Shown: positions 25,116 to 38,950 of the stretch, in pieces
Layout of the letters: each line of letters begins with the position of its first letter
How positions within the stretch are numbered: the first letter of the stretch is position 1
Assembly: GCA_030390025.1 (NCBI GenBank)
Contig: CM059440.1
Location: 23,808,001 to 23,872,000, forward strand
Source of the DNA: Squalus acanthias
Lineage: Eukaryota
DNA length: 64,000 nucleotides
Direction of reading: 5' to 3'
The notes under the pieces: generated by a model
Seen by the model: only the letters and a program-made list of their open reading frames with translations
Database searches by the model: none
What the model was told of the DNA's origin: nothing
Position numbers and translations under genes: made by a program

Positions 25116-26702
25116 GGACAGGGATAATGTTGCGTATATTGTTATTTTCTATGTTACAAAATGCATTACGTAATAGTTAAATATCACTCTAAAAATTACT
25201 CTGTTCATATATCATATGTAAAATAAATCAGCTTGTTGATTTATAATGGGCCTCATCCACTAGAATGTTCTTCAGTCCACTTTTCAGAAGATGGGGAAAC
25301 GCATGTGAGGGGCATATGTGAGATTACAATAATTGCATAATGTGGGATTTCATTGTTACGACCCCCAGGTCATGCTAACGTAAAGCTAGATATCAGCCAG
25401 TAAAGGCAAACTTCTGATCGTAAGGGATGCAAGGTTCACTTACGAGACAGTGTTGATGCCGAACCTGAGAGAATATCTAGTCCAGACACAACATTTAAAA
25501 CAGTCTCTTGTCCAATTCTCATGGTTTAGTTTGAATTAGGGTGCTTAACCTGACCTGCATTTTTCTGTGCACCCTCCTAATCACTAAATCCCACTTTGCC
25601 ACTCTTCAGCTGGGCCGGTAGGCAAGTGAATTTCCAGATTGCTACACCGTTCAGTCTATGCATTGTTCTGTAGGAGGCAGTGTTGCTGGAGCATAGAATG
25701 GATTCTTTCACTTGCCTGTTACTACCCGAGCACAATTTCTCAGAGTCTTTTCGAGCTTGCAAAGGGTGATAGGGTGAATTTTGAGACACGCCTGTCTCTC
25801 TTACCCCACCCACCATACAAAACAAAACAAAATACAAAATAATTGGTACCAGACCTACACTAACCAGCTGCGCCTTTTCTGGTCAAGATATGTGCTCAGC
25901 AGATTAGAAAAGGCTGAATATGCAATAGAAAGAACAGCGTATGGATGTCGAACATGTCAGATCGTGAATCGCTGTTCATTCCTCTTTAGTGATCCCATAT
26001 CTGAATCTGCTCAATATAATCAGTTAATTGGCAACTTGAGATAACCTCTCTCCAAAGGCAGAGCTTATGCTGACATCTCAGTCCCATAACAAGAACCCGA
26101 GCTATTTTTTGGATCCACATAGCTTACATTTTTGTTCTCAACCTTTCTTTCTCCACTGTTACATATTAAAAGGAAAGATTTCTGGAAGACAGATAGGGAG
26201 CAGTAGTGAACCGAGGAAAGGAAGTGGTTGACCATCAACAGAGGGAGGAAGATGAACCAGAACAGGAAGACCCAATGGGTCTGGGTGTTCAATAGTTATG
26301 CAGCTCTTGACACATATGATGAGGACAAGGGAAATATAATCCACAGGAAGATCGCCACATCATGGAGCAAGGTGTTACCCGTGGGGAAAACAGAGACATA
26401 AGAACAAGGAAGTGGTAGTGAGGAATTTCATAATTATTGCAAACATAGCAAAGAAAAAAAATGATTACCATTTATATGCCATCATTAACACACTCCTGAA
26501 ACCCTCAGTTATTCATATAGTAGGCCAGTTGCCTTTAGAATGTGTTAACCTTACCTCTCTATAACTTGATTAGATCAGCCTGACTCAAATCAGTTGGATG
26601 CATGGTGTGCTGCAGCCAGAGTGCATCTCAGAGTTGCAGGTGGCCTCCGCCATTATCCAATCTCAGCCATGTCACCATGGGCAGGAGCCAAGAGAAGGGA
26701 GA

Positions 26703-27022
26703 GAGGGCGAATCGCCATGGGGCTCACCCAATGACTGAGAGAGAATCGCCATGGGACTCAGCCAATGACTGAGGGAGAATCGCCATGGGACTCAGCCAAT
26801 GACTGAGGGAGAATCGCCATGGGACTCAGCCAATGACTGAGGGAGAATCGCCATGGGACTCAGCCAATGACTGAGGGAGAATCGCCATGGGACTCAGCCA
26901 ATGACTGAGGGAGAATCGCCATGGGACTCAGCCAATGACTGAGGGAGAATCGCCATGGGACTCATGCAGGACACAGGGAGCATCGCCATGGGTCTCACAC
27001 ATGACACAGGGAGCATCGCCAT
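26703..27022. repeat. 34-bp minisatellite (~9 copies, degenerate ends)
   Basis: Unit GAGAATCGCCATGGGACTCAGCCAATGACTGAGG. Confidence 0.92.
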
Positions 27023-27111
27023 CAGACACCCAGGGTGAAAGGGAGCAGGACTCACCCAACCTACTGGAGTAGATCCTGCCAGCAGGTCTCATAGCAGCAA
27101 TGGTACAGGCC

Positions 27112-27256
27112 AGGAAGCTGGTCCCTCCCAGAGTCTGCAGTGGGTACAGGGCATGGGAAGCTGGTCCCTCCCAGAGACTGCAGTGGGTACAGGGCATGGG
27201 AAGCTGGACCCTCCCAGAGACTGCAGTGGGTACAGGGCATGGGAAGCTGGTCCCTG
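27112..27256. repeat. 43-bp tandem repeat (~3.3 copies)
   Basis: Unit GGGAAGCTGGTCCCTCCCAGAGACTGCAGTGGGTACAGGGCAT. Confidence 0.9.
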
Positions 27257-27959
27257 GCTGGAGGGGTGAAGGACACTGGGATAACTCACGACACGGAATG
27301 AGAATGAACAATTTTTTACAAAGCAGAAGAGATATACTGACCATAAACAAATTTCCTTATTTAGACAGACAATTGTAAAATGCTACCTCCTATGCCAAGC
27401 ACATAATGCAACATTATTCCCATGCAAGTTACATTCTGGGTTTTACAGATAGGACTACACCATCAGAAATGGCGGGGCGTATAAAAACGCAACAATTAAA
27501 TTTCATCACACAGAGAAACTTTAAGTTTACTTAACTGGACTGGCACCGACACAGGACCTTAAATCTCACAGACTGAACGCTGGCTCTCTCCCAATCACAG
27601 CTACATTCCTCATCAGCCAAATGGAGCAAGCGGAGCCTGGAGTTTATATAGCTTTTCAAACAGGCCAAAGTAATCAAAACCAGAGCATCAGTCATTCTTA
27701 AACAGTCAACAAACAAGTTAGAACCAGCAGCGAGCAAGTTAGAACAAGCAATGTAAACTGTACTGTGAACCTACCCAAGCAAAATATCACAGCGCCCCGG
27801 AATTCCCATTCCAAGATAATCATTCCCTATTAATAAACCAGCCCCTATACACTCCTTATAAACACAGCCCCCGTCACATGTCAAATCCATCCACTTGGTC
27901 CCAAGCTATTTCCCCATAAAGATGCCAAATCTTTGCTGTGGTCTTAATTGACTTGTTGC

Positions 27960-28950
27960 CCACCACAGTGTGAGACAGTAAGAAACAACGCTCATAGGAT
28001 GCTAGGTTATATTGCCATATCAGTTGCGTTGAAATCCCAGGAGGTCATGTTGAAGCCATACAGTGCTCTTGGTCACCCTGCACCTAGATTAGTGCATACA
28101 GTTCTGGTTACTGAAACAATAGGCCCGAGAGGCAGTGCAGAAGAGTATGAGGTTGATCCCTGGTGTCAGAAGGATGAACTGTGAGGAATGACTTGATAAG
28201 CTAGAGCTGTTCAGCCTCGGAAGGAGACATCTTACAGGTGACCTTCAAGCTACTTAATGGGATAGAGAAAACAAACACAACACAATACACAATACATTCA
28301 CATACACCAGGGCAGCAGAACAAAAGGACACTGGGTCAGGAGTCAGAAAGGGTGGTTGAGGCCAAAACTTGGACCCATTTAAGAAACAGTTGGATGCTGT
28401 AATGAAGAGGTGCTGGGTTGGTATTCTGGAAGCATGAGATCAAATGGGTTAAACTGATCTTGTGATTTCACAGGTACCAGGGCACCACTCTGGACACCTC
28501 ACCCAAAGGCCCATGTTTCATGTTTGAGCCTAAACAAGGCGCATTCAACCGCTGCCACTGGGATCAATGTCCACCTCTTCCACCACTGGCACATTGTGGC
28601 TGCAGTATGTACTATGTACAGGATGCACTGCAGCAACTCACTAAGGTGATATCAATAGCACCTCCCAGCCCTATGATCACCGAGAAGGACAAGAGCAGCA
28701 AGATCATGGGAACATCATCATCTGCAAGTTCCCCTTAAGTCACATACCATCCTGACTTGGACACATACCACTGTTCCTTCACCATCACTGGGTCAAAATC
28801 CTGGAATTCCCTACCTTGCACCATTGTGAGAGCACATCAGCACAAGGACTGTAGCAGTGCAAGAAGATGGCCCACCGCCACCTTCTTAGGACAACTAGGG
28901 ACGGGTAATACATGTAGGCTATCCAACATCGCCCACATCCTGTGAACATT
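27960..28950 (+). mobile_element. Degraded CR1 fragment followed by the 3' end of the LINE family seen at 39917
   Basis: NNAHRMLGYI..QEVMLKPYSAL remnant; 28570-28945 is homologous to the reverse complement of ~39950-40290. Confidence 0.55.
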
Positions 28951-30540
28951 TTTTTTCAAACAATGGAAGGTATTAAAGGCAAGTCTGATCTGTTCCTCAC
29001 TTGACATCCACACAAGCAGACTTCCAACAGGCGTCACTGGATGGAGATCTACAGCAAAAACCCTGGCTGATTTTCTCTTCTCTAAACCAGGAGCACTGAT
29101 GCTGGTTGTAGTACCCTTACTGAGTCCCCATCTGAAATATTCTAACTCAGCACAGACCAGGGTTCAAACATGGGATCTTCAAGTCTGTTCCACTTCAGGT
29201 GGTATTTTTACCTACTGAGCTAGCAGGGCACCTTCCATCCTTCCGCTCCATGTGATTTTTGCATCTGTTTAGATCCTAGTTCCCATATTGTCAAAGTCAT
29301 CTGTCTATCACTGGAGTTAAATCTTCTGTGTTTACATCTAAGGATCTATATTGTTCTATCATATCCAAACATTCATGCCTTACCCACCCGTACCAAGACC
29401 TACAAGCCAACATCATGACCTATCAATACATAGTAAGACTTTCATGCCCAGTCCTGCTCATTGACACTTTGCTCTACCCATCCACACCCTGCATAGTGAA
29501 TGTGCTACAGGCCATACAGAAGCTGGGAACACATCCTATTGAGGTTTTAAGTTAAGTACCAGGACAGAGTGAAGCCACCTTTGCCTCATTACAGACTGAA
29601 ACTCAGCTTTTTTAGTCTGACAGATCTAGGCTAGCGGTTGATTGCTTTATACGGCTATTGCCCATTTAAAAATGCGTTGGCTTTGATTATTTTGGCCTGT
29701 TTTTGAAAGGTTATATAAACTCCGAGCTCTTTCTTATCAACTTGGCCTGATGGAGGCAGCAGATTTGGCTGCAAGACACAAATTTGAACTTTCCAATTGT
29801 ATGGCAACATTTTTTCAGAAAGGGGTTTTTGCTGACATCAGAAATGTCTCTTTCAGTGTTTTAGACGGAAACCTGCCGGATGTGTGTGTGAATCAGCAAC
29901 ATCCACCCTCCCTGTGAAGCACAAATCTGATTGATAAATAAAGGAGAGAACGAACCGTTGGCCGCCTCCGGGTGCATCACCAGCTCGGCCATTCTGAAAG
30001 GAACAGACGGAGGGGAGGACAGTTTCTCTGCTGATGTTTCAGCCCAACCCACTGCTGGCGCAGCAACAGTGAAACCTGACCTTTAACCAACATTTGAGGA
30101 ACAAGAAAAGACTTGCAAATTGTCAGGGTTCGTGAATAAAGAAGCACTTGACTATTTGCGCTCATTAAAGTAATTTAATGCTAATTCTAATTTTATTTCC
30201 TGCTCTCCTTAAGGCTTCCCCCAAGTGCTGAGCGCCACTCCCCAGTCAGGGCAGTAGGAAGGCTGCAGGTAAACTGCCCCACACCCTCCAGCAATCTGAA
30301 CAGCGACTGGGAGCTAAATGAGAGGAGCCTGGGCTGAATTCTCCCTCCACCCCTCTGTCCCCCTGATGCCTCAGCAACATCAGGGATGTACACAAGCTAA
30401 CACAGGTCGTGTACAATCTAGCCTCTCGTGGATTCTATGCGCCCTCCACCCCCACACCTATCCCTGAGGGAATGTTTTGCATAAATACTCCCTAATGAAA
30501 ATCAAAAAAAAAATCCAGAATATTCACCCATCTTCACAAT

Positions 30541-31278
30541 CTTCTCTCCAGAAAAGAGAAGACTGAGGGGTGACCTGATAGAGATCTTTACAATTATGAA
30601 AGGGTTTGATAGGGTAGACATAGAGAAGATGTTTCCACTTGTAGGGAGTGCAAAACTAGGGGCCATAAATATATGATAATCACTAATAACGACTTTCGGA
30701 TGAGATGTTAAACCGAGGCCCCGTCTGTTCTCTCAGGTGGACATAAAAGATCCCATGGCACTATTTCGAAGAAGAGCAGGGGAGTTATCCCCGGTGTCCT
30801 GGCCAATATTTATCCCTCAACCAACATCACTAAAACAGATTACCTGGTCATTATCACATTGCTGTTTGTGGGAGCTTGCTGTGCGCAAATTGGCTGCTGC
30901 GTTTCCTACATTACAACAGTGACTACACTCCAAAAGTACTTCATTGGCTGTAAAGCGCTTTGAGACGTCCGGTGGTCGTGAAAGGCGCTATATAAATGCA
31001 AGTCTTTCCTTCTTTCTTAATAAAGCCAATAAGGAATTCAGGAGAAACGTCATTACTCAGAGTGGTGAGAATGTGGAACTTGCAGCCACAGGGAGTGGTT
31101 GAGGTGAAGAGCATAGATGCGTTTAGGGGACGCGATAAGTATATGAGGGAGAAAGGAATAGAAGGATATGTTGATAAGGTTAGCTGAGGTAAGGTGGGAG
31201 GAGGCTCGGGCAGAGCATAAAGACCAGCATAGACCTGTTGGGCCGAATGGCCTGTTTCTGTGCTGTAAATTCTATGTA
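30541..31278 (+). mobile_element. CR1 3' fragment interrupted by a SINE insertion
   Basis: CR1-like sequence (gagaagactgaggggtgacctgatagag.., cagagtggtgagaatgtggaact..) on both sides of the SINE at 30690-31017. Confidence 0.75.
30690..31017 (+). mobile_element. SacSINE1-like DeuSINE, 5'-truncated
   Basis: Matches the 3' ~330 bp of the copies at 24641 and 34400; flanked by a TAATAA duplication. Confidence 0.8.
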
Positions 31279-31787
31279 AGCCCTGGCCTGCTGCCCTCTG
31301 TATTTCCACCCCTCCTCCCAAACTGGAGGGAATAAGGGGAACTCTCCCCGAATATTTCTGGTATGGATCACACCCCCCTTCACCTTCTCCAATTCCCAGA
31401 ATTGCCCTTGATGTCTCTTCCAATTCTTCATACTGGGTTACATCTGTGCTTTCTCTCCAGGTCCATCACATCCCATGAAGTACTGGGTCATCTCAGTCTG
31501 ACATGTGGAAAATCACAGAGGTGAACCCACACCATATCTGCATCGACACACCACACCCACTCCTCTGTGTGCACCAGAAGTCCAGTTAAACCTCACTTCT
31601 AATTAGAACAGAAAACATAAATGCTCACAATCCTTCACATGGCAACATGTTGTACTGTGTCATTTATTGGAGCATCTAATGAAGTTGTCCTTTAAAAATG
31701 TTCACTTTCTCATTACTTCCTACTCTACAAACTATGAGAGAGCTCCAGGCAAATAAAATTTTACCAATGTCAAAATTTGTATTTACT

Positions 31788-32086
31788 CTCAATGCACACC
31801 ACCCTGGGCTGTGAATGGAATCAATGCACACCGCTGTGGGCCGTGAATGGAATCAATGCACATCGCCCTGGGCTGTGAATGGAATCAATGCACACCGCCC
31901 TGGGCTGTGAATGGAATCAATGCACACCACCCTGGGCCGTGAATGGAATCAATGCACACCGCCCTGGGCTGTGAATGGAATCAATGCACACCGCCCTGGG
32001 CTGTGAATGGAATCAATGCACACCACCCTGGGCTGTGAATGGAATCAATGCACATCACCCTGGGCCTTGAATGGAATCAATACACA
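31788..32086. repeat. 32-bp minisatellite (~9 copies)
   Basis: Unit TCAATGCACACC(G/A)CCCTGGGCTGTGAATGGAA. Confidence 0.92.
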
Positions 32087-32173
32087 ACACACAGGCAAAT
32101 GGAATATACTTTCCATTTGAAACTACTCACAGCAGATACTCTTACTCAGATACGATCACATATAAGACACATA

Positions 32174-32761
32174 GGGAGAGACTTTAACTCCCTCCACCAG
32201 GTGGAAAGGGGAAAGTAGGAGAATTAAAATGGAGGTGGTGGATTTACCATCCCATTCCTGTTTCACCACCATTTTTCCAGGGTCCTTCTGGTGGGCGCCT
32301 CGTTAATCTATGCAAATCAGGGGTCCTATGACGTACATACCCCAATGCTATTTTAGCTATTGATTGGGCAGAGCATCCGCTGTGGACAGTCCGCTCAGTA
32401 AAACCTGGCAGAAATACAGGCGGCCTAATAAAGTGCGACCATTATTTTTATGGGGCCAAGAGGAGCAGAGCTGCACCTCCACAAGAACAATGTGGGCCGC
32501 TGCCACCCCGAGGTCCTCTCTCCACACTTGCAACCATCCTCCCACATGGACCTAGCCATAACCAGGCCGGATTGGCCTTTGGGCTGTCCAATATTAAGCT
32601 GCTTCGGCGAGCTGCATCGGGACACCCGTTTGGGTGTGGATCTGGCTGCTCACATGTCAATGAGGCTTGGTCATTCGAAATGGACCAGGCCTCTCGCTGG
32701 CACTATCGAGCGGCCAGGCAGTGCGCTGGCACTCCGCTACCCGATGGTTAAAATCTACCCC
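32174..32761. mobile_element. MITE-like element
   Basis: Ends GGGAGAGACTTTAAC / GTTAAAATCTACCCC, flanked by ATA on both sides. Confidence 0.55.
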
Positions 32762-34399
32762 ATAGGGTTCCACCCACAGCACCTCAAACACTACAAGAAC
32801 CCCTCCCCAGCACATGTCATGTAACCCAGCGGTAACACTGACCAAAGTGAAGGGTGTTGCCATTCTGCAGCACGACATCAGTCACCTTCATCAGCCCAAA
32901 TATTCACCCAAATATTTGAAATTAAATCAATAATTCAAAAAAAATCTGGGAACTGAACCAACCCTTGCTGTCTGGGCCTTCTTAAATGGAGTTGAGGTAC
33001 AGATCATGATCAAATTGAATGCGGTACAGGCTCGAGGGGCTGAATGGTCTACTCCTGTTCCTATGAGATGGGGAGTGAAGTATTACTGGGAGATAAACCA
33101 TTAATAACACAAGGAGAACCTGATCCTCACCCTGCAGTACTAGTCACTTACAGGCATATCTCACCAGTTTACATATCCTAATAAACTAGCCATTTCCTCT
33201 TTTGTTCCCCCTAAGATTCAAATACCCCGACCTACACAGTCTTTGTCCTCACTGTGTTGAAATCAAGACACCGTACTGCCTCCTACATTCTTTCCCAGGA
33301 GCTCAAAATTGAGGAATCCTTCACCTCCCTCAATCTTCCCTCCCTCCTACAATTTACAGGCTTTTGAAACTCAAGTTTGGTGTCAACTAATCACCTCCTC
33401 CTGATTTACCGCATCTTCTCCCCTATTCTTTTCAGTCTTGGTAATGTCCTGCACCATAGGCCTGAACCCGTCACCTGAGTTTGCCAATGATGAGAGCCAG
33501 TTCCTGTTTGTATGTTCCATTTACAGCACTGGAACAGATTGTAAAATACCATTCAACAGATGTAACATTGATGTATTTGTTCAGTTACAGTCACTGGAAG
33601 CTTTTGCAATTGAGCAGAGTTTGCCCCTCAATGGCCCCATATAATAAACTCCTAGTGTTCCCCAGCCACTGGAGGAGCACCCAGCAGGGATCAGGGGCCC
33701 AAGGGAGCCTCTTCCTAGTGGCTTGTACTGAAGAGATAGAAATTGGCCACCTGACTGCCTTCTCAGTCAGGAAATGGGGCAGGAACCCAAAGGCGGTGTG
33801 GGATGGAGCAAAGAACAGGGATGAAAGATCATGCAAAGAATGAGATCCATTCTTGTGATTGCCTACAAGTGTCTGATCTCAGTCATGATACAGGGAGAGG
33901 CAAAAATCAGAGGCTAGGCAAATCCTGATGCAAGGAATGGAGGGGTTATTATTCCTCCCAGCCCATTTTCATTCATTTCCTTGTAATGACTGGAGCCAGA
34001 GAGCATCTGAAGAATGAGTTTAACTTAAAAGAGCGTGATTAAGTCCCCAAGGTCCCCATTTCTGTCACATTACTCTGTCATCTGTCTGTTGCTGAGGGAG
34101 CCCCCAAGACACTCAGCTGCATGGCCAAACATCGCCTCCATACACCAAATTGCAATTGCTTCTATTCTCATTGGCCATCATGAGCTGAGTAAGGGGACGC
34201 TCCCCATCCATATGCAAGAGATGCCTTCACTGGAGAGTCACAGCACATTCAAACATCAGAGGACCAAATCATCCCACTCCATTTGGAGGATCTTACATGG
34301 ACTTCTGGTATGAAATGATTCAGGCGATCTTCAGCAGACTTGAGGGCTGTGCACATCACTGAGCCATCTTCAAGTCTAGAGAATGTGTTGGAAAGACAC

Positions 34400-34871
34400 A
34401 AAGAAAAAGAAAGACTTGCATTTACATAGCGCCTTTCACGACCACCGGACATCTCAAAGCGCTTTACAGTCAATGAAGTACTTTTGAAGTGGAGTCACTG
34501 TTGTAATGTGGGAAACGTGGCAGCCAATTTGCGCACAGCAAGCTCCCATAAACAGCAATGTGAAAATGACCAGATAATCTGTTTTTGTTAAGTTGGTTGA
34601 GGGATAAATATTGGCCAGGACACCAGGGATAACTCCCCTGCTCTTCTTCGAAATAGTGCCATGGGATCTTTTACATCGACCTGAGAGAGCAGACGGGGCC
34701 TTGGTTTAACGTCTCATCCGAAAGACGACACCTCTGACAGTGCAGCACTCCCTCAGCACTGCACTGGAGTGTCAGCCTAGCTTTATGTGCTCAAGTCCCT
34801 GGAGTGGGACTTGAACCCACAACCTTCTGACTCAGAGGCGAGAAGTGCTACCCACTGAGCCACAGCTGACA
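34400..34871 (-). mobile_element. SacSINE1-like DeuSINE, full length
   Basis: Colinear with 24641-25115. Confidence 0.8.
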
Positions 34872-36825
34872 GAGGAGAAAAGAAAAAGTAAATTGATAGA
34901 GGAAATGTGAAAAATGCTGTTTCGGGGCATCCTGATTTACTCTCCAATGTGGGTCCACTGATGTGTCTGAGTGAGAATTAGGTTTGCAACAGTGAGACTC
35001 TTTGCCTGTTTGATCAGGACTGAGAGTGAAGTAGCAGGAGCTGCCATCTTATGCCAAGGCCCAAGTGGACATGGGAAGGGTCAGGACGCAGGGCTCAGGA
35101 ACTGATGTTTGCTTTGAAATTCAGCAAAAATCAAACTAATAGCAATAATTAATGCTTCCATATCACAAATACAGGAAAATAGACTTTAATTCTTTTAAAT
35201 AAGCAAACTTTCAGTATCTGGTTTCGAAATTTTGAAACAACCTACGTAAAAGCAGGCTGTCTGAGCCAAATCCATGATGACTATCGGGCAATAAATATTC
35301 ACGTCCTGAGCTTGTGCTGGGTGAGGTTAAAACAGTCAAACTTTCCAAACCAAATCCATTTGTGTTACAATCTTACAGCTGCAGGAAAATCAGAAGATTC
35401 CAGACACCAGTGAGTCCACTCAGATACATTCCTACATTTGGGATAATTGTGGTGTAACTGACTCCACGGAGCCGTGGTACAGATTGCAGCTCGAGTGTCC
35501 CTAACTGAGGCCCGACCCGTACTCATGTTACAGATTCTGAACTGGTGCAGCATTTCTCGCTGAGGGTTACTTTCTATTTCCAGCTTGGATTAATGGGAGC
35601 GACTCCTGTCTCGTGTCCTGGGGCATGGTGCTGCTCAAAACTGGAAATTGCTTCCTTACCTCCCGAGAGTCAGACTCCTGCCTGACCTCAGAACGCTGGT
35701 TAAATAAATGTTTTGCAAACAGGTATTACGCTAACACTGACTATCAGCTCAAAGCACAGAACTGGATTATAGCAATTGAACAATATGAAACTGTGTAGCC
35801 AGAACCATTTACCAGTCTGTGGGATCAGTTCCTGACCCGGTTCATTTGCTGCAGTTTATATTGTTGTGCATTTCGTGCACTGGTGATTAAAATTTCATTT
35901 CCTGATCTGCCTGTATATTTTACCATAAACTAGGGACTGACCCAAAGCTTCTATCTGTTCAAAAATTCTAATTAAAACAAGGTTTCTCCTTACAAATCTT
36001 GTATAAAATTGTATTTTTTTTCTTACATTGACGTATTTTAAATGCAAGTATTTTTGTTGATCCAAACTGCTTGGCTCAGCCCCATGCTCAGTGAGCCTGC
36101 TGGGACAGGCCTCAATCTGTATGCTGTCAAGTTTGATTTCAGCACAGCGGGTGACCTGGTGGTGTCTCAATAAACTACATGTGTTTTATCCAAGTCTGTG
36201 CAACCCTGCATCCAAACTTGATAAATGAGGAGGGCCCAAACTTGAGATACTTCTGTCTCCAAAGCTGGCGTCCACATGTCAGCTGAACATCCAGGGGCTC
36301 TGTCCAAACAGCGCAGGAATTACAACCTCCTCCCCAAGACCCTGGTCAGTTATCCCGGCTCCCACAGAGGAGCTGGACAGGCTTGCCATCTCGGGTGAGG
36401 TGGACATCCTGATTGCGCCAGCTTTTGGTGCCAAGGGGCCAGTTCAGTCCGGTATGGATCGGGCAACCACAGAACTACATCATGAGTCGCCCACAGGGAC
36501 GTGACTCATACATCGAGCTAGTTTGCAGCTGTACTGCAGCCAGAGTCTTGGCTAGTTTGGGAGTGCAGCTACACAACTGCAGCTCAACCCTGGATTTCAG
36601 GCCTCTCTTCTAGTTTTTAAAAAAAACATTTTTTTTCCTGTGTACAAAAGGAGGGACCTGCGTTCCATCTTTGGGTTTCCTTATTTAAAATCTATCACCC
36701 CCTTCAATTACAACCCTGGTGCCAACGCTGGCCCAGATTCCGTGGCAGCAGCGGAACGAGGTGCTGCTAATGCCCCCGGCCGAGCCAACAACATCAGGAA
36801 GGGGTTTGAAAGGCAGCACCACCAC

Positions 36826-37470
36826 CAACAACTTACATTTATATAGCGCCTTACAGGTAGAACAATGTCCCAAAGTGCTTCCTAGAAGCTTAAGCAAAAA
36901 ATGGAGACTGAGCCAAAGGAAATATTAGGAGGGGTGACCAAATCTTAGTCAATGATATGGGTTTGAAGGATAATCTTAAAAGAAGAGAGGCAGAGGATGT
37001 GGGCAACAACAACTTGCATTTATATAGCACCTTTAAGGGAGTAAAACATCGCAGGGCGCTTCACAGGAGTATTATCAGACAAAATTTGACACCAATTCCA
37101 CAGCATGGAGGCACGGCTGCCACTGGTGGGGTGAAGAGGAGTGAGGGAGGGAGGGATCACAGGATGTTTACCAAATTAAACAGTCGTTACCAACTGCCAG
37201 TTTTTCTAGCCATAGATAAGCAAAGCCCAGGCGAGCAGTGCGATTCATAAACTTACATTTATACAGCACCTTTAACATGGAGAACATCTCAAGGCACTTC
37301 ACAGAGGAGAAGGGGATACTGAACACTACTAGAAGAGTTAGGAGAGATGATCAAAAGCTTTGTTGAAAAGATCGGTTTTGAGAAGGAGGTCCTTAACCAT
37401 GGAGAAAGACACTGGCAGGGAGACAGGTTGAGGGAGAGAGTTCCAAAGAGCTGAAGGTTGTGCCACCAAC
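36826..37470 (-). mobile_element. Cluster of three short L2 3'-end fragments
   Basis: aac(t)tacatttatatagc(a/g)cc tails recur at ~36830, ~37010 and ~37250. Confidence 0.55.
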
Positions 37471-37731
37471 GCCATTGCTGTCAAGTAGGGATCATCTCAG
37501 CCAGAAACCAAAAGCACCAATCACAACTTTTTAAATGACTGTCCGTGCAGTTTTTGTTCCCCCCTCCCATTTTCAGTTTATTTGTTCCCCTCTGCAGACC
37601 TCTCTAAGCAGCATTCCCAGTTGACTGGGGGAGGGGTAGAATAGGTACGCCAATGCTTCTCTGTTACCAGCCTCTGAGAGCAGCAAGATAGCTCTCAGTC
37701 ATCACTATGTCTCTGTGGAGGTTATGTCTAG

Positions 37732-38950
37732 GTGTATGGTGAGGGTAGTGCAGTTGATGTAGTCTACATGGACTTCAGTAAGGCTTTTGACAAAGTTCTG
37801 CATGGGAGACTGATCAAGAAAGTAAGAGCCCATGGGATCCAGGGCAATTTGGCACATTGGATCCAAAATTGGCTTAGTGGCAGGAGGCAGAGGGTGATGG
37901 TCGAAGGTTGTTTTTGTGACTGGAAGCCTGTGTCCCGTGGTGTACCGCAGGGATCGGTGCTGGGTCCTTTGCTGTTTGTAGTGTACATTAATGATTTAGA
38001 TATGAATGTAGGAGGTATGATCAGTAAGTTTGCAGATGACACGAAAATTGGTGGAGTGGTAAATAGCGAGGAGGGAAGCCTCAGGCTACAGGACGATATA
38101 GACGGGTTGGTCAGATGTGCAGAACAGTGGCAAATGGAATTTAACCCTGAAAAGTGTGAGGTGATGCATTTTGGGAGGACTGACAAGGCAAGGGAATACA
38201 CAATGAATGGTAGGACCCTAGGAAGGACAGAGGATCAGAGGGACCTTGGTGTGCATGTACATAGACCCCTGAAGGCAGCAGGACAGGTAGATAAGGTGGT
38301 TAAGAAGGCATATGGGATACTTGCCTTCATTAGCCGAGGCATAGAATATAAGAGCAAGGAGGTTATGATGGAGCTGGATAAAATGCTAGTTGGGCCACAG
38401 CTGGAATGCTGTGTGCATTTCTGGTCACCACACTATAGGAAGGATGTGATTGCATTGGAGAGGGTGCAGAGGAGATTCACCAGGATGTTACCTGGGCTGG
38501 AGCGCTTCAGCTATGAAGAGAGACTGGACAGGCTGGGGTTGTTTTCCTTAGAGCAGAGAAGGCTGAGGGACCACCTGATTGAGGTGTATAAAATTATGAG
38601 GGGCATAGATAGGGCAGGTAGAAAGGAACTTTTCCCCTTAGTAGCGGGGTCAATAACCAGGGGGCATAGTTTCAAGGTAAGGGGCAGGAGGTTTAGAGGG
38701 GATTTGAGGAAAAACTTTTTCACCCAGAGGGTGGTTGGAATCTGGAACTCACTGCCTGAAAGGGTGGTAGAGGCAGGAACCCTCACAACATTCAAGAAGC
38801 ATTTAGATGAGCACTTGAAATGCCATAGCATACAAGGCTACGGACCAAGTGCTGGAAAATGGGATTAGAATAGATAGGGCTTGATGGCCGGTGCGGACAC
38901 GATGGGCCGAAGGGCCTCTTTCTGTGCTGTATAATTCTATGACTCTATGA
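37732..38950 (+). mobile_element. CR1 LINE, 5'-truncated, uninterrupted RT C-terminal half
   Basis: 378-aa ORF with DFSKAFDKV, GVPQGSVLGP, KFADDTK and LECCVHFWSP; the 3' UTR ends in a tandem tail (ctatgactctatga). Confidence 0.92.

Noticed and set aside
26190-26440. Possible CR1 ORF1 remnant (FNSYAALD.., KEVVV..)
   Set aside because: Similarity is too weak and short to call without an alignment.
26703-27022. CRISPR-like array (34-bp partly palindromic repeat)
   Set aside because: Units are head-to-tail with no unique spacers, there are no cas genes, and the context is a vertebrate intron. The same applies to the 23- and 32-bp arrays.
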